Of a stretch of DNA of 64,000 bases, positions 63,745-64,000 are shown one piece after another. The notes beneath the pieces are model-generated. The model was not told the DNA's origin. It did not search any database and saw nothing but the letters and a program-made list of their open reading frames with translations. The stretch's first letter is position 1. Every line of letters begins with the position of its first letter. Origin of the DNA: Mobula hypostoma (taxonomy: Eukaryota). Position numbers and translations under genes: made by a program. The stretch covers positions 17,672,001 through 17,736,000 of the forward strand of contig NC_086118.1 of NCBI RefSeq assembly GCF_963921235.1. Direction: 5' to 3'.

Positions 63745-64000
63745 GTTGGTGCACCAAATATAATGAGATATTGACCATCTAATCCTATTTCATTGCAATG
63801 TCTCTCTTCACATTTTACATTGTGCATTTTAAGTTGATGCTTTTCCTATAATTTTGAAGCTTTTTAGGCATTTCAACCCATTGCTTTAACAGAATTATTA
63901 TACACCTTTTATGATTTTCAATTCCATTGACTTTTATTGAAGCAAAAGCACTGAAATTTTAATGTGGGAAATTTTGTATTATCCATACACCACTCTGCCC

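Overview
Eukaryotic, intron-rich vertebrate DNA. The repeat content (CR1, Rex1/Babar, RTE, V-SINE-like SINEs, Penelope-like elements) suggests a cartilaginous fish, which is an inference. The whole window lies inside one + strand gene encoding an axonemal outer-arm dynein heavy chain most similar to DNAH9. I reconstructed 16 internal GT-AG exons (9971..63744, 3605 nt, about 1200 codons) with consistent splice phases and no stops; the start and end of the gene lie outside the window. The introns are full of transposable elements. The most notable are seven Penelope-like element (PLE) insertions with a fold-back (inverted-arm) architecture. Six have clear 12-15 bp target-site duplications (TSDs) and one has a degraded TSD, and several carry minimal type-I hammerhead ribozyme motifs, one of them intact on the sense strand of the dynein pre-mRNA. 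Also present: a PLE nested in an RTE LINE, a deleted two-LTR Gypsy-like element with a tRNA-Pro primer-binding site nested in a CR1, a deleted Tigger/pogo-like transposon with a 256-bp internal palindrome, and a mariner-type fold-back MITE with five TIR-like motifs. Most short ORFs in the supplied track are TE debris or spurious. Boundaries of old repeats are approximate.
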